Assembly (NCBI GenBank): GCA_963749085.1
Contig: CAVVLG010000003.1
Coordinates: 5,432-69,431 of the forward strand
Direction of reading: 5' to 3'
Source of the DNA: Candidatus Adlerbacteria bacterium
Lineage (GTDB): Bacteria > Patescibacteriota > Minisyncoccia > Phycocordibacterales > SBAW01
Length of the DNA stretch: 64,000 bases
Shown piece by piece: positions 21,051 to 30,805 of the stretch (positions within the stretch are counted from its first letter, which is position 1; every line of letters begins with the position of its first letter). The position numbers and the translations under genes were made by a program. Under the pieces are notes generated by a model, which ran no database searches, was not told the origin of the DNA, and saw only the letters and a program-made list of their open reading frames with translations.

Positions 21051-21689
21051 ATGTCTGATACCAAAGAAAAAAAACCGCTCGACCGCCGCATACTGGCGCT
21101 CGCGGCCTTCATCATAGTGGTCATAGGAGGCGGCATCGGCGCGCTCGCCTATATCACCGCATCGAGTAAAACGGTGTATATCGATGACGCGACCATATCC
21201 GCGCCTCTAGTTGATCTCTCCCCCACCGATCCGGGCGTGCTCAACGCCGTCTACGTTTCGGAAGGACAAATCATCCCCCCTAACACAGTAGTCGCTGAAG
21301 TGGGTACTGAACTTCTAAAGTCGACTGCAGGCGGTCTCGTGGTGACGGTCAATAATAATATCGGCGAGGAAGTCTCCCCCACGGACATCATCGTGGAGAC
21401 CGTGGACCCCACGCAGCTTCAAGTCGTCGGGCAGGTGCAGGAGAATAAAGGCCTGGTCGATATTGCCGTCGGAGACAAAGCGACCTTTACCGTCGACGCA
21501 TTCGGGGGTGAACAATTCCCGGGTATAGTGTCGGAAGTCTCTCCTACCGCACAAAGTTCCGATGTCGTCTTTGACGTCAGCGATCAGCGAGAGGAGCAGA
21601 ATTTCGACATCAAAGTACAGTACGACACGTCGCTGTATCCTCAGCTCAAAAACGGTATGTCGGCGAGAATCTGGGTGTTCAAGCAATAA
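21051..21689 (+). CDS. HlyD/EmrA-like adaptor protein (short)
   Basis: TM; IAVGDKATFTVDAF..LKNGMSA beta-barrel. Confidence 0.8.
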   Translation: MSDTKEKKPLDRRILALAAFIIVVIGGGIGALAYITASSKTVYIDDATISAPLVDLSPTDPGVLNAVYVSEGQIIPPNTVVAEVGTELLKSTAGGLVVTVNNNIGEEVSPTDIIVETVDPTQLQVVGQVQENKGLVDIAVGDKATFTVDAFGGEQFPGIVSEVSPTAQSSDVVFDVSDQREEQNFDIKVQYDTSLYPQLKNGMSARIWVFKQ

Positions 21690-21690
21690 C

Positions 21691-23181
21691 ATGCCTGAGG
21701 AGAACAGCAGCGTTAAATGGATCGTACTCGCGACGGTCATTTTCGGAACCTTCCTCGGGAGGCTGGATCAGACCGTCGTTAACTTGGCGCTTCCGAAAAT
21801 AATTGGCGATTTCAATATCAGCGTGACGGACGCCGCATGGATAGGGACGGCCTACATTTTGGCCAACGCCGTGTTCGTTCCCGTGTGGGGAAAGCTCGGC
21901 GACACCGCGGGTCGCAAGCGCATTTATCTCATCGGCTTCATAGGATTTACGATAGCGTCGGGGCTGTGCGCAATCGCCTGGAACCTGAGCTCGATGATCG
22001 TGTTTCGCGTCATTCAAGGATTCGCGGTTTCTGCGGATTATCCGACCGCCATGGCGATAATCACGATAACCTTTACCGAGGCAAAGCAACGCGCCCAGGC
22101 GCTCGGCATTTGGTCGGGGGCGTTCGCCGTCGCGGCCGTATTTGGGCCGCTCATCGGGGGCCCGCTCATCGACAATTTCAGCTGGCGGTCGGTGTTCTTT
22201 ATTAATATTCCGCTTGGTATCATCGGCCTCCTCTTGGCGTTTACATTCGTGAACGAGTCGGTCGGCGAGAAAAGGAACGTCAAATTCGACTGGTGGGGGT
22301 CGCTTACTTTGGGTGCCGCGCTCGCCACCCTCGTGTTGGTGCTCGACCAAGGACAAACCTGGGGCTGGACCTCAACCCCGAGCCTCTTGTGCTATATCGG
22401 CACCATTATCTTCGCTCTTATCTTTTACTACGTGGAGCTTTATCAAGCGGAGCCAATTGTGAATCTCGATTTCTTCAAAATACCCACGTTCGTCTACACG
22501 ATGCTCAATAATTTTATCGTCTTCATGGCCCTTATCGGCGCCATATTCCTTATCCCGCTCTTCGCGGAAAACTTCCTGGGCTACAGCGCAACCCAAACCG
22601 GTTATCTGTTTATTCCGCTCGCGATTGCACTCATGATTGCGGCGCCCTTGGGTGGGCGGCTCATCGGCAAAGTAAAACCCGGCTACGTGATATTCCTGAG
22701 CACCTTTTTCTCCGGGGTCGGTATATTTTTGCTTTCCTACATAGATCCGCGTTGGGCGGCGATAGACATCATCATTCCCATGTGCATTATGGCTTTTAGC
22801 CTCGGGTTCGGCATGGCCCAGCGAACCAACCTTATCGCTATCGCCGTTCCACAAAAAGATATCGGCGAGGCTTCCGCGGTGTTGGCGTTGGTGCGCAATA
22901 TCTCCGGCGCTTTCGGCCTTGCGATATTCAGCACCTTGCTTACCAATTCCATAAACTCCAACGTCCTTGCCACTGCCCAGCACAGCATTCTCAATGTGGT
23001 GACCCCGCAGAATCTCCAGACGTTTATCGGACTCATCGAGCTGAAAGCTCAGGTCGCCTCCTACGGCCTCGTGTTTGAGGTGGCCGCCCTTATGGTTATG
23101 ATCGGTTCTTTTACCGCCCTTCTTATCACTGTCCCGCACGACGCGATAACCCATGAGCACCATGTAATCGCGGAAGGTTGA
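21691..23181 (+). CDS. DHA2 (EmrB/QacA) MFS efflux transporter
   Basis: LDQTVVNLALP, GKLGDTAGRKR, GPLIGG, WRSVFFINIPLG. Confidence 0.92.
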   Translation: MPEENSSVKWIVLATVIFGTFLGRLDQTVVNLALPKIIGDFNISVTDAAWIGTAYILANAVFVPVWGKLGDTAGRKRIYLIGFIGFTIASGLCAIAWNLSSMIVFRVIQGFAVSADYPTAMAIITITFTEAKQRAQALGIWSGAFAVAAVFGPLIGGPLIDNFSWRSVFFINIPLGIIGLLLAFTFVNESVGEKRNVKFDWWGSLTLGAALATLVLVLDQGQTWGWTSTPSLLCYIGTIIFALIFYYVELYQAEPIVNLDFFKIPTFVYTMLNNFIVFMALIGAIFLIPLFAENFLGYSATQTGYLFIPLAIALMIAAPLGGRLIGKVKPGYVIFLSTFFSGVGIFLLSYIDPRWAAIDIIIPMCIMAFSLGFGMAQRTNLIAIAVPQKDIGEASAVLALVRNISGAFGLAIFSTLLTNSINSNVLATAQHSILNVVTPQNLQTFIGLIELKAQVASYGLVFEVAALMVMIGSFTALLITVPHDAITHEHHVIAEG

Positions 23182-23238
23182 CAGAGCGCTGTTAAAAAAG
23201 AATACTTTGGAGCAGACGCGTAACAAGGGGTACCGGCA

Positions 23239-23658
23239 ATGGGCAAGAGGACCGAACACGCTTTCGTCTATCTTGAGAATAGCGAGGGAAGACTCCTCTT
23301 GGTAAAGACCAAAAAAGGAGAATGGGGTCTTCCGGGTGGAGAGGTCGAGGACGAGGAAGATCCTCGCGACGCCGCAATACGGGAACTTGAAGAGGAAACC
23401 GGTATTGATGGGTGGATAGTGGATTTTGTCGGGGTATATCCAGCGCCTTATCGCAACGATACAACGTATGTGTACACTGCAAAAACAAAAAACTTCACCC
23501 TCAAAGAACCGGGGGATGAAATAGTGGAGTCGGGATTCTTTCCCAAGACTTCACTCCCCCAGCCCAGATCGGCGAGCGCGAATATTCGACTTCAGGATGC
23601 CTTACAACGGAAGCGGGGTATACATCGGGTCATTATAAAACCGGGAGTGGAGGGTTAG
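23239..23658 (+). CDS. NUDIX hydrolase
   Basis: GGEVEDEEDPRDAAIRELEEETG Nudix box. Confidence 0.9.
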   Translation: MGKRTEHAFVYLENSEGRLLLVKTKKGEWGLPGGEVEDEEDPRDAAIRELEEETGIDGWIVDFVGVYPAPYRNDTTYVYTAKTKNFTLKEPGDEIVESGFFPKTSLPQPRSASANIRLQDALQRKRGIHRVIIKPGVEG

Positions 23659-23685
23659 GAGGTCGCGCGTTGTGCGGCCTCTTTT

Positions 23686-24513
23686 TTAATAGATCCACCT
23701 TGAGAGCAAATAGACGAGGAAGGTTATGGTGGTGATGAAGAAGCTCACCGGATACGGAAGATAGAAGGAGATAAAAAGTCCTACCCAGGTGGCGAAGAGG
23801 GCGACCGCTATCGCTATGACTATCCCCTGCACGGGGCGGCGAGCTACCCGCTGAGCTATCGCCGCGGGAGTAACCATGAGCGCGAATATGAGAAGTACGC
23901 CGACGACTTGTACCGCAATTGAGGTTGCGACTGCTACGAGAAGCATGAAGGCGAGCCCGATCCAGAAAATGGAGATGCCTTTCGCTTCCGCGACATCCTC
24001 ATCAAGAGACGTGAAAAGAAGAGGACGATACAGAGCGGCCGTGACTGCCAGAAGCAGGAGTCCCGCGATAAGCGTCACCCACACGTCGCCGCTGCTGATG
24101 CCCAATATTTCGCCGAACAGAATCGAGTAGGCTTCGGTGGCGTAGCCGGAGTAGAGGCTTATAAAAAGAACGCCGAGACCAAGCATGAATGCCAGCACGG
24201 TGCCTATCTGCACGTCGCGACTGGCCGCCTTGCGACCAAGTGTTGCCATGGCGATACCTCCCCCGCAGGTAAATACCAGAAGTCCGATAATGGGGCTGAG
24301 TCCAAAGAGAACCGCTCCGGCGGCCCCCGCAAAACCGATATGTGAGAGCGCGTGCGCGGCAAAAGAAGAGCGGCGCAGAACAACAAAGTAGCCGACGATG
24401 CCGGCGACAATGGCGACTATGGTACCCGCTTCAAATGCGTGCACCATAAAATCGTACTGCAGCATGTTCTGCAAATCGCTCAGGATATTGAAACTGAAGA
24501 GCGTGCTATTCAT
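23686..24513 (-). CDS. znuB: Zn/Mn ABC transporter permease
   Basis: HALSHIGFAG, VGVLLIFALMVTPA. Confidence 0.88.
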   Translation of the reverse strand: MNSTLFSFNILSDLQNMLQYDFMVHAFEAGTIVAIVAGIVGYFVVLRRSSFAAHALSHIGFAGAAGAVLFGLSPIIGLLVFTCGGGIAMATLGRKAASRDVQIGTVLAFMLGLGVLFISLYSGYATEAYSILFGEILGISSGDVWVTLIAGLLLLAVTAALYRPLLFTSLDEDVAEAKGISIFWIGLAFMLLVAVATSIAVQVVGVLLIFALMVTPAAIAQRVARRPVQGIVIAIAVALFATWVGLFISFYLPYPVSFFITTITFLVYLLSRWIY

Positions 24514-25291
24514 GATGAGTAGAATCTTCCGTACCGATGATAGCTATCCTTCCCTTTGAATCGCGCAGCACTTCAACCGGCGTGTCATACAAACGGCTCA
24601 GCGATTCCGAGGTCAGCACTTCGTGTGGCTTCCCCGTAGCGATGCGGCCGTTTGCCACGTACATGACCCGGTCGAGCACCGGAAGCAAAGGATTTATGTT
24701 GTGGGCGATAAGGAGCACGGTGACGCCGTGCGAGCGCACGACGTCATTAATGAGTTGCACGAAATCCGACTCCCGCCGTAAGTCAAGGTTGGCGAGCGGC
24801 TCGTCCAAGAGAAGTATGTCGGGTTTACCAACCAATGCCTGGGCGAGAAATATACGCTGCAACTCTCCACCTGAGAGAACACCAAGCGGGCGGTGCGCTA
24901 GTTCTTCCGCGCCGACTGTCTTCAGCGCCTTGAGTGCATGCGTTTGCGCCTCATCAGAGGTCCCTATTCCCCATTTCGTCCCATCAAATCCCAAGCGTAC
25001 CAATTCAAGCGCTTCAATAGTCGTCTCGCTGTCGATGTAATGACGTTGCGGCACGTATCCTATGCGCGGATTACCGCGAGCCGGCGTGTTGCCAAATAGC
25101 GAAAGAGACCCTGCGAGCGGCTGAGCCAATCCTAACAGCAGACGAAATAGCGTCGTTTTGCCGGTGCCGTTGGGACCGAGTACCGCGACGAACTCACCCT
25201 TCTGTATGGAGAAAGTTGCGTCTTTCCAGACTGTTTTTCCGCCGTATCCTCCCGAGAGGTTCTCCGCGGCAATGACTGTATGTTCCATCAA
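24506..25291 (-). CDS. znuC: Zn/Mn ABC transporter ATPase
   Basis: GPNGTGKT, IGYVPQ, LSGGELQR, LLLDEP. Confidence 0.88.
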   Translation of the reverse strand: MMEHTVIAAENLSGGYGGKTVWKDATFSIQKGEFVAVLGPNGTGKTTLFRLLLGLAQPLAGSLSLFGNTPARGNPRIGYVPQRHYIDSETTIEALELVRLGFDGTKWGIGTSDEAQTHALKALKTVGAEELAHRPLGVLSGGELQRIFLAQALVGKPDILLLDEPLANLDLRRESDFVQLINDVVRSHGVTVLLIAHNINPLLPVLDRVMYVANGRIATGKPHEVLTSESLSRLYDTPVEVLRDSKGRIAIIGTEDSTHHE

Positions 25292-26233
25292 TTATTGTCC
25301 CAGCGCCTGTGCATTGAGCGCGTTTTGGAGGTCAATGAGTTCGGCGTTCATCCATTCCTGGAATGTCGCATCCGGGGGCTGAATGGTTTCGGTAACGCCA
25401 ATGACCGGAATACCCTCCTGTGCCGCGAGCGCTTTCATGCTTTCCGTCAGCGGCGTAACGGTCTGCTCATTGTATACCAGTACTTTCACCTGCCCGCTTT
25501 TGAGCTGATTTTCGAATTGAACGATGCTCGCAGCGGGCGGATCGTTTCCTTCCGCGACGGCATCGATAAAAGCAGGCGGGGAGACCAGATTGAGTCCCGC
25601 AGCATTAGCTAAATACATGAAGATGGATTCGGTCGAAGCGACCTCGGTGCCCCCGAATTGCTGCTTTATCGCCGCGATGCGTCCCTGGTATTCGGCCAAA
25701 TTAGACTGCAATGTCGCATAATTTTGGCGATAATATGCGGCATCAGCCGGATCCAGCGCGATAAGGTCGCTCTCCATTTGGGCTATCGCCTGATTGACGT
25801 AGGCGGGGTTGTACCACAGATGCGGATTGCCGCCGTCCGGGACTCCAACGAGATTAGCTACGTTGAGCACTTTTCGATTTGGATTGCTGCTGCCGGCGCT
25901 GAGGAGCTTATCGGCCCAGGTGTCGTAGCCTGCGCCGTTTTCAATGACGTAATCGGCTGTCGCGATAGCGCGGGCGTCCGCAGCGTTGCTTTCATATTCA
26001 TGCGGATCGGCGTTTGGGTCCGACACAATACTGAGAACTTGCACATGCGAACCCCCTATTTGGGAGACCAGACTGCCCCAAAAATTTTCCGCCGCCACGA
26101 CCTGCAATACGTTTCCCGAAGAAGACGTGGCGGTGCTGCTGGGAGCAGGGTTACGGCTGAGGAAAAAAAAACCACCTCCGACGATAATGATGATAACGAG
26201 AATCCCGATTAACCAATTTTTATTCATATGCAT
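25292..26233 (-). CDS. znuA: Zn/Mn ABC transporter substrate-binding protein
   Basis: DPHEYE, NPHLWY. Confidence 0.9.
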   Translation of the reverse strand: MHMNKNWLIGILVIIIIVGGGFFFLSRNPAPSSTATSSSGNVLQVVAAENFWGSLVSQIGGSHVQVLSIVSDPNADPHEYESNAADARAIATADYVIENGAGYDTWADKLLSAGSSNPNRKVLNVANLVGVPDGGNPHLWYNPAYVNQAIAQMESDLIALDPADAAYYRQNYATLQSNLAEYQGRIAAIKQQFGGTEVASTESIFMYLANAAGLNLVSPPAFIDAVAEGNDPPAASIVQFENQLKSGQVKVLVYNEQTVTPLTESMKALAAQEGIPVIGVTETIQPPDATFQEWMNAELIDLQNALNAQALGQ

Positions 26234-26644
26234 TTAAGAGCACCTGGCGCACAGGCCGAAGAGCTCCATTGAATGACTGCTAACGGTTTTAAACGAGCTT
26301 GATTTTGTGGTTACTTTTTTGACCACTGACTCGCAGAACGCATCCGAGAAATCTTCCATGGTGCCGCAGTCGGTACATATGACGTGATGGTGATGTTTTT
26401 TTCCTGCGTATTCATACTGTACGCCGCCCTGGCGCAAATCAACGCGGGTGACAATTCCCTGCTTCGAGAGACTCTCAAGCGCACGGTACAGAGTTACTTG
26501 GTCGAGTAAGTCTCTCCCCGCGCGCTTAAGAATATCCCGAATACTTAAGGGTTTCCCGGCGTCTTTGAGAATTTGGAGCAATCGAAGACGCCCCGGCGTT
26601 ATCCGATAGCCCTTCTCTCTGAGAATGTTGCTGAGGTCCTCCAT
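26234..26644 (-). CDS. Fur-family regulator (probable Zur)
   Basis: TLYRAL, HHHHVICTDCG, C-terminal CARC; heads the znu operon. Confidence 0.9.
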   Translation of the reverse strand: MEDLSNILREKGYRITPGRLRLLQILKDAGKPLSIRDILKRAGRDLLDQVTLYRALESLSKQGIVTRVDLRQGGVQYEYAGKKHHHHVICTDCGTMEDFSDAFCESVVKKVTTKSSSFKTVSSHSMELFGLCARCS

Positions 26645-26663
26645 GCCTCTATGCTACACTAAC

Positions 26664-26676
26664 GCAAATTATTTGC
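26664..26676. promoter_or_regulatory. candidate Fur/Zur box between divergent genes
   Basis: Palindrome GCAAAT-T-ATTTGC in the 66-bp divergent gap. Confidence 0.55.
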
Positions 26677-26710
26677 AATAGTCTTTTATATGAGTTAAGC
26701 TGCCCTATAT

Positions 26711-27385
26711 ATGAAACTGGCATTTCTGGGTAAAGGCGGATCGGGTAAGTCGACTATGGCGACGGCGGTTGTGCGGCAGCTTCGCATGCGCGAGGTGCGG
26801 GTCCTTGCCATAGACGCCGATCACAATATGGATCTCTCCTACAATCTGGGAGCGGAACCTTCTCTCTTCCTGGGAAGCGATCCAGACCGCATAAAAGAAT
26901 ACGTGGGGTCCGCGCGGGTCGGTACGTACGGGGACGCACTAAAGGTAGGAAAAGAAAAGCATATCTCTTTTACTCTTTCTCCAGCCGACGAGTTTACCCG
27001 AAGCGTATCCATTGAGTTGGAGGATGGTCTGCGACTCATGACTGCGGGACCGCATACTGACCGGGTGCGCACCCAAGAAGCATGCAGTCACTCTTTGGCT
27101 GCTCCTCTCAAAGTGTATTTACCTCTCCTTAAACTCAAACAAAATGAAGCGGTAGTTATAGATGAACGTGCAGGAACTGATCCGGTTGCTACCGGCATCC
27201 TTTCCGGTGTTGATTTGGCAGTCATAGTCCAAGAACCAACCATAAACAGCCGGCGCGTGGCTGGGCAGATACGGCGCGAGCTGGAATTGGCCGGAGTAAG
27301 GCACATCATCGTGGACAACAAAGAGGCGGGCGTGGAAGCCGATACTGCGCGAGCGACGGAAGCGATTTTCACGCACGCGTTGTAG
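26711..27385 (+). CDS. CooC/MinD-type P-loop ATPase
   Basis: Deviant Walker A GKGGSGKST, IDAD, ACSH, VVIDERAG. Confidence 0.85.
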   Translation: MKLAFLGKGGSGKSTMATAVVRQLRMREVRVLAIDADHNMDLSYNLGAEPSLFLGSDPDRIKEYVGSARVGTYGDALKVGKEKHISFTLSPADEFTRSVSIELEDGLRLMTAGPHTDRVRTQEACSHSLAAPLKVYLPLLKLKQNEAVVIDERAGTDPVATGILSGVDLAVIVQEPTINSRRVAGQIRRELELAGVRHIIVDNKEAGVEADTARATEAIFTHAL

Positions 27386-27467
27386 ATGCTGTTAGCGTGC
27401 CCTCCGAAATATATGGCGGAGGGCACGCTGGCAAGATCGCCAGCGATTGTTCTTTAGGAGAAAAATC

Positions 27468-27839
27468 ATGTCGTTTCCTTCGGTAACGCGGCACGTCGCG
27501 CAAGGCAAAACCGGTTTCGAGGCACTCCTTGCCGCAGTAAAGGAAGACTGTCCCGAGGCGATGGAATATCTGCATCGCAAGGCGCATCAGGCAAAGGATT
27601 CCGGCCAGCCGGTGCTGTGGAGCGAGGATCCGAATTCCAGGCTCGGCAAGCAGCTCATCCGTATCCACGCTTCGGACGCCGTGCGCCCTCTCGTGCAAGA
27701 GCATGTCTGCCACAACATGGAACTCACGTTCGTGAACTGTTGCAGCGGACAGGTCGGCGGAAAAAAGAAAGACCCATTGGAACTCGTGCAGTTCCAGATC
27801 GAGTGCCAGGCCGGCCCTATCGCCTACGCCGATTGTTAG
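27468..27839 (+). CDS. SCO5389-like Cys-containing protein
   Basis: GKQLIRIHASDAVR..FVNCC..terminal ADC recalls actinobacterial SCO5389 family (GQLLRALASDAIR..FQNCH..RDC); AGGAG RBS. Confidence 0.65.
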   Translation: MSFPSVTRHVAQGKTGFEALLAAVKEDCPEAMEYLHRKAHQAKDSGQPVLWSEDPNSRLGKQLIRIHASDAVRPLVQEHVCHNMELTFVNCCSGQVGGKKKDPLELVQFQIECQAGPIAYADC

Positions 27840-28969
27840 TGCTTGTGCGAATGCCCCTCTCCTTCTTGGCGGGGGGTTCTTTCTTTTCCGTAGAGTATAT
27901 ACACGGCTACCAGCGTAGTTATCGGCACCGCCAAAATGAGACCAATCGACCCTATCATCGTGCGGATGATTTCGGTCGCGAACAATTCCTGATTGATGGT
28001 CACGGTCAGGGATTGCTCCGAGGTGAGTTTGAATAACAAAAGTAATGGGAGCGAAGCGCCGACGTAGGCTATCGCGAGCGTGTTGACGAGGGCCCCTATA
28101 TGCTCGCGCCCGATGCGCAGTCCCCGTTTCGTCACCTCGGCACGCGTGAGATGTTTTCCTACCATGTAGAGCTCCTCAATAGCGACCGCCTGGCTTATCG
28201 CCGCGTCATAGAGAACGCCGAGGAGACCTATCATCAGACTCCCCAGAAGGACGCTCACCAGATTGATGCTGCCGTTGGTGTCGAAACTGAGATCCGACGC
28301 TTCCTCGGTGGAGAAGCCCGTGAACTGCCCGTAATGGACCGCGCCCCAGGCCAAAGCGCCGGTGATGAGTATGGTGATGAGCATGCCGATGACCGCCGCA
28401 GTGGTGATTTTGTTAAATCCGTGCGTGATGTAGGAGCCGACGACGATAATGAGGGAAGAGGCGCCGAGGCTGAGGAGAACCGGCGAATAACCGGCTAAAA
28501 TGCCAGGGAGCAGCACGTAGCCGATAAAGAAAAAACTGGCGATGAGCCCGAGTAATGCGCGTATCCCTTGCTTGCCGCCGAATATAAAAAGACAGGCGAT
28601 GAAAAGTCCGACGAAAAATTCCAAGACCGGGATGCGGTAGGGCTCCCCCACCGAATAGGTGTCAACGCCACTTAGGGTATCAACTTCGTGTCGCAGATAA
28701 AACACGTCGCCCGGCTTCATAAGGAGGAAATCGTTGTCGACGGTGAGGACTTCGCCCACCGCAGCTCCCTCCAAAATCTCCACTTTTATCGTCTGATAAT
28801 TCTCGGGGGTGGCGGTACCCGGGATTTGCTCGACTTGGGAGCTTAATACCTGGAGCACCTTCGCTTTAACATACGTTACGGTGTCAGGTACCGGAGTCTG
28901 CGCATGCGCCAGAGGTGCGGAGACAAAGAGCGTTGCTACAAGCGCCGTCGAAAGTAAAAAGGCTCGCAT
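27836..28969 (-). CDS. YibE/F family membrane protein
   Basis: IGLLGVLYDAAISQ, GREHIGALVNTLAIAYVGASLP. Confidence 0.9.
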   Translation of the reverse strand: MRAFLLSTALVATLFVSAPLAHAQTPVPDTVTYVKAKVLQVLSSQVEQIPGTATPENYQTIKVEILEGAAVGEVLTVDNDFLLMKPGDVFYLRHEVDTLSGVDTYSVGEPYRIPVLEFFVGLFIACLFIFGGKQGIRALLGLIASFFFIGYVLLPGILAGYSPVLLSLGASSLIIVVGSYITHGFNKITTAAVIGMLITILITGALAWGAVHYGQFTGFSTEEASDLSFDTNGSINLVSVLLGSLMIGLLGVLYDAAISQAVAIEELYMVGKHLTRAEVTKRGLRIGREHIGALVNTLAIAYVGASLPLLLLFKLTSEQSLTVTINQELFATEIIRTMIGSIGLILAVPITTLVAVYILYGKERTPRQEGEGHSHKH

Positions 28970-29012
28970 CAAGATATGATACAAGCCTTTCTACGTTTAA
29001 ACCAATGAAGTC

Positions 29013-29414
29013 TTAATCGTGCTCAAACACAGAGACCAAACGGTACGTGCCCGAACCCGCAAGCGCCAAGCCGAAGGAGAGTACCATGAGCAGGAACTCG
29101 AGCTCGTGCGCGCTCCAGCCGCGTCCGAGTCCCGTGATGAATATCGCGACCAGCATTTCGATGCCGAGCACGACACCCGCCACCCGCGTTCCGATGCCGA
29201 AGATAAACATAATGCCTCCTACTATCTCGATTATGGCGAGAAAGGTGGTGAGCTCCGGCGGAAAGCCAAAACCCCTCTGAAACATCATCTGCGTCATGGA
29301 CAGACTCTGCCATTTCATGAGCCCGTGGGCGAAGAAGACCGCGCCCGTGCCGATGCGAATAAGGAGGAGCCCGAGGGAGCGTCTATACCAATATCTGCTC
29401 ATGCGCTGAAACAT
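29013..29414 (-). CDS. DoxX family membrane protein
   Basis: LLIRIGTGAVFFAHGLMK..EIVGG. Confidence 0.88.
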   Translation of the reverse strand: MFQRMSRYWYRRSLGLLLIRIGTGAVFFAHGLMKWQSLSMTQMMFQRGFGFPPELTTFLAIIEIVGGIMFIFGIGTRVAGVVLGIEMLVAIFITGLGRGWSAHELEFLLMVLSFGLALAGSGTYRLVSVFEHD

Positions 29415-29430
29415 ACGTACGTCTATAAGT

Positions 29431-29451
29431 TACTGATAGTACTCATCAGTA
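29431..29451. promoter_or_regulatory. candidate operator upstream of doxX
   Basis: TACTGAT-N7-ATCAGTA inverted repeat. Confidence 0.45.
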
Positions 29452-29456
29452 TATAA

Positions 29457-29487
29457 CACAACACCCCGCCATAGGCGGGGTGTTGTG
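29457..29487 (-). terminator. perfect hairpin / terminator
   Basis: CACAACACCCCGCC-ATA-GGCGGGGTGTTGTG. Confidence 0.65.
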
Positions 29488-29507
29488 GAGAAAATCGCGG
29501 AGGAAAA

Positions 29508-30380
29508 TTACGGGGTGACCGTCGTAGTCGAGGAGGCCGAGGCACTCGTGTTTGCCGAGAAGCCCTCAAGTCCGTTGACGATAATCGTTATATCCTTGCG
29601 TGCAGCCTGCAAATCGGCCGTTGCTGTCTGAAGGTCGGCGCGTGCCGCTTTAAGAGCCGCCTCGTTGCTGGCCATAACGCTGGCAACACCATTGTCCGGC
29701 TGGAGCGACGCGGTAGTACTTACCGAAGCCTGCGCTTCGGTTTGTGCATTAGTCATCTGAGTACTCATGTCGGTGAGCGCGGCGGCTTCTACGGTGATGT
29801 TATCGCCCGCTGCGGAATCTGTCTGAATGAGCGTCTGGAGTTTGCTGCCCAAGGTCGACATCATGCCGACGATGGTAACAATGCGATCGGCCGATGCGGC
29901 GATGCGGCCCTGCGGGAGGATAAGCGCGTAGACGCGGTAAGAAACCGTAATCGAGTGAATATCGGTCTTGAGCGACGCCAACGTGGTATCGGCATCAATA
30001 GTCGACTGAAGCGCGGTAAGTACGTTTATTTCGTTTTCTATCGTACCGGAGAGACTCGCCTTAAAGCTCGCCGTAACACTCTGCATCGCCTGAACGCGAG
30101 TGTTGAGAGCGGTAAGAGCCGTAATGCGGCGTTGTATTTCCGTGTTGGCACGGGTGACTGCCGCTTGTTCACCGGCGGTGAGCGTCACTGAGGTGTTGGT
30201 ATTGGCGGTGACTCCAGCCGAAGTGCCGGAAGATCCCGTGCTACCCGTAGCGCCGGTGGTGACCGTTGCCGAGGCTCCGAGACCGGCGGTGACGCCAGTC
30301 TGCGCGAGAGCAAGAGCGGGAGGCACGGCGAGAAGACCTGCGAGGGTAACGGCAAGAGCAATATTTTTTGTCTGTGTCAT
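29508..30380 (-). CDS. secreted helical/coiled-coil protein
   Basis: Signal peptide, A/T-rich heptads. Confidence 0.75.
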   Translation of the reverse strand: MTQTKNIALAVTLAGLLAVPPALALAQTGVTAGLGASATVTTGATGSTGSSGTSAGVTANTNTSVTLTAGEQAAVTRANTEIQRRITALTALNTRVQAMQSVTASFKASLSGTIENEINVLTALQSTIDADTTLASLKTDIHSITVSYRVYALILPQGRIAASADRIVTIVGMMSTLGSKLQTLIQTDSAAGDNITVEAAALTDMSTQMTNAQTEAQASVSTTASLQPDNGVASVMASNEAALKAARADLQTATADLQAARKDITIIVNGLEGFSANTSASASSTTTVTP

Positions 30381-30410
30381 GGTGTTGTGGTGTTGTGGTT
30401 AACGAGTAAT

Positions 30411-30713
30411 TTAATACGACTGCTGTACAGGCTGATCATTAAGGCTCGAGTCGACGTTCGCATTGTCAGAGTTAAGTCCCTGCATCTGCGAGTCTATGGC
30501 TGCCGTGTCCTGGCTTATGCCCGCGGCCGACGTGTCGGTGGAGGCACTCATGCCGTCAGCCTGGCCCGGGGTAGTGGCTTGCTGTGTCGTCGTTGCGGTA
30601 GTGCTTACTGCCTGCTGTGAGTTGCTGCCTCCAAGCCGACCGCTCCACCACAGGAGTCCCGCCGCGACCAAGACCACTACAACGATCCCTATAATCCATT
30701 TTGTCATATACAA
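30411..30713 (-). CDS. small membrane-anchored protein
   Basis: N-terminal TM, T/Q/S-rich tail. Confidence 0.65.
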   Translation of the reverse strand: MYMTKWIIGIVVVVLVAAGLLWWSGRLGGSNSQQAVSTTATTTQQATTPGQADGMSASTDTSAAGISQDTAAIDSQMQGLNSDNANVDSSLNDQPVQQSY

Positions 30714-30805
30714 GTAAAATTAAATGTAAACTGCTAAAAAAGTACTTAGACAGTATACCCCACTGCTTTATGACGTCTATAAAGGGCTCCTCTTACAACT
30801 CTTTT

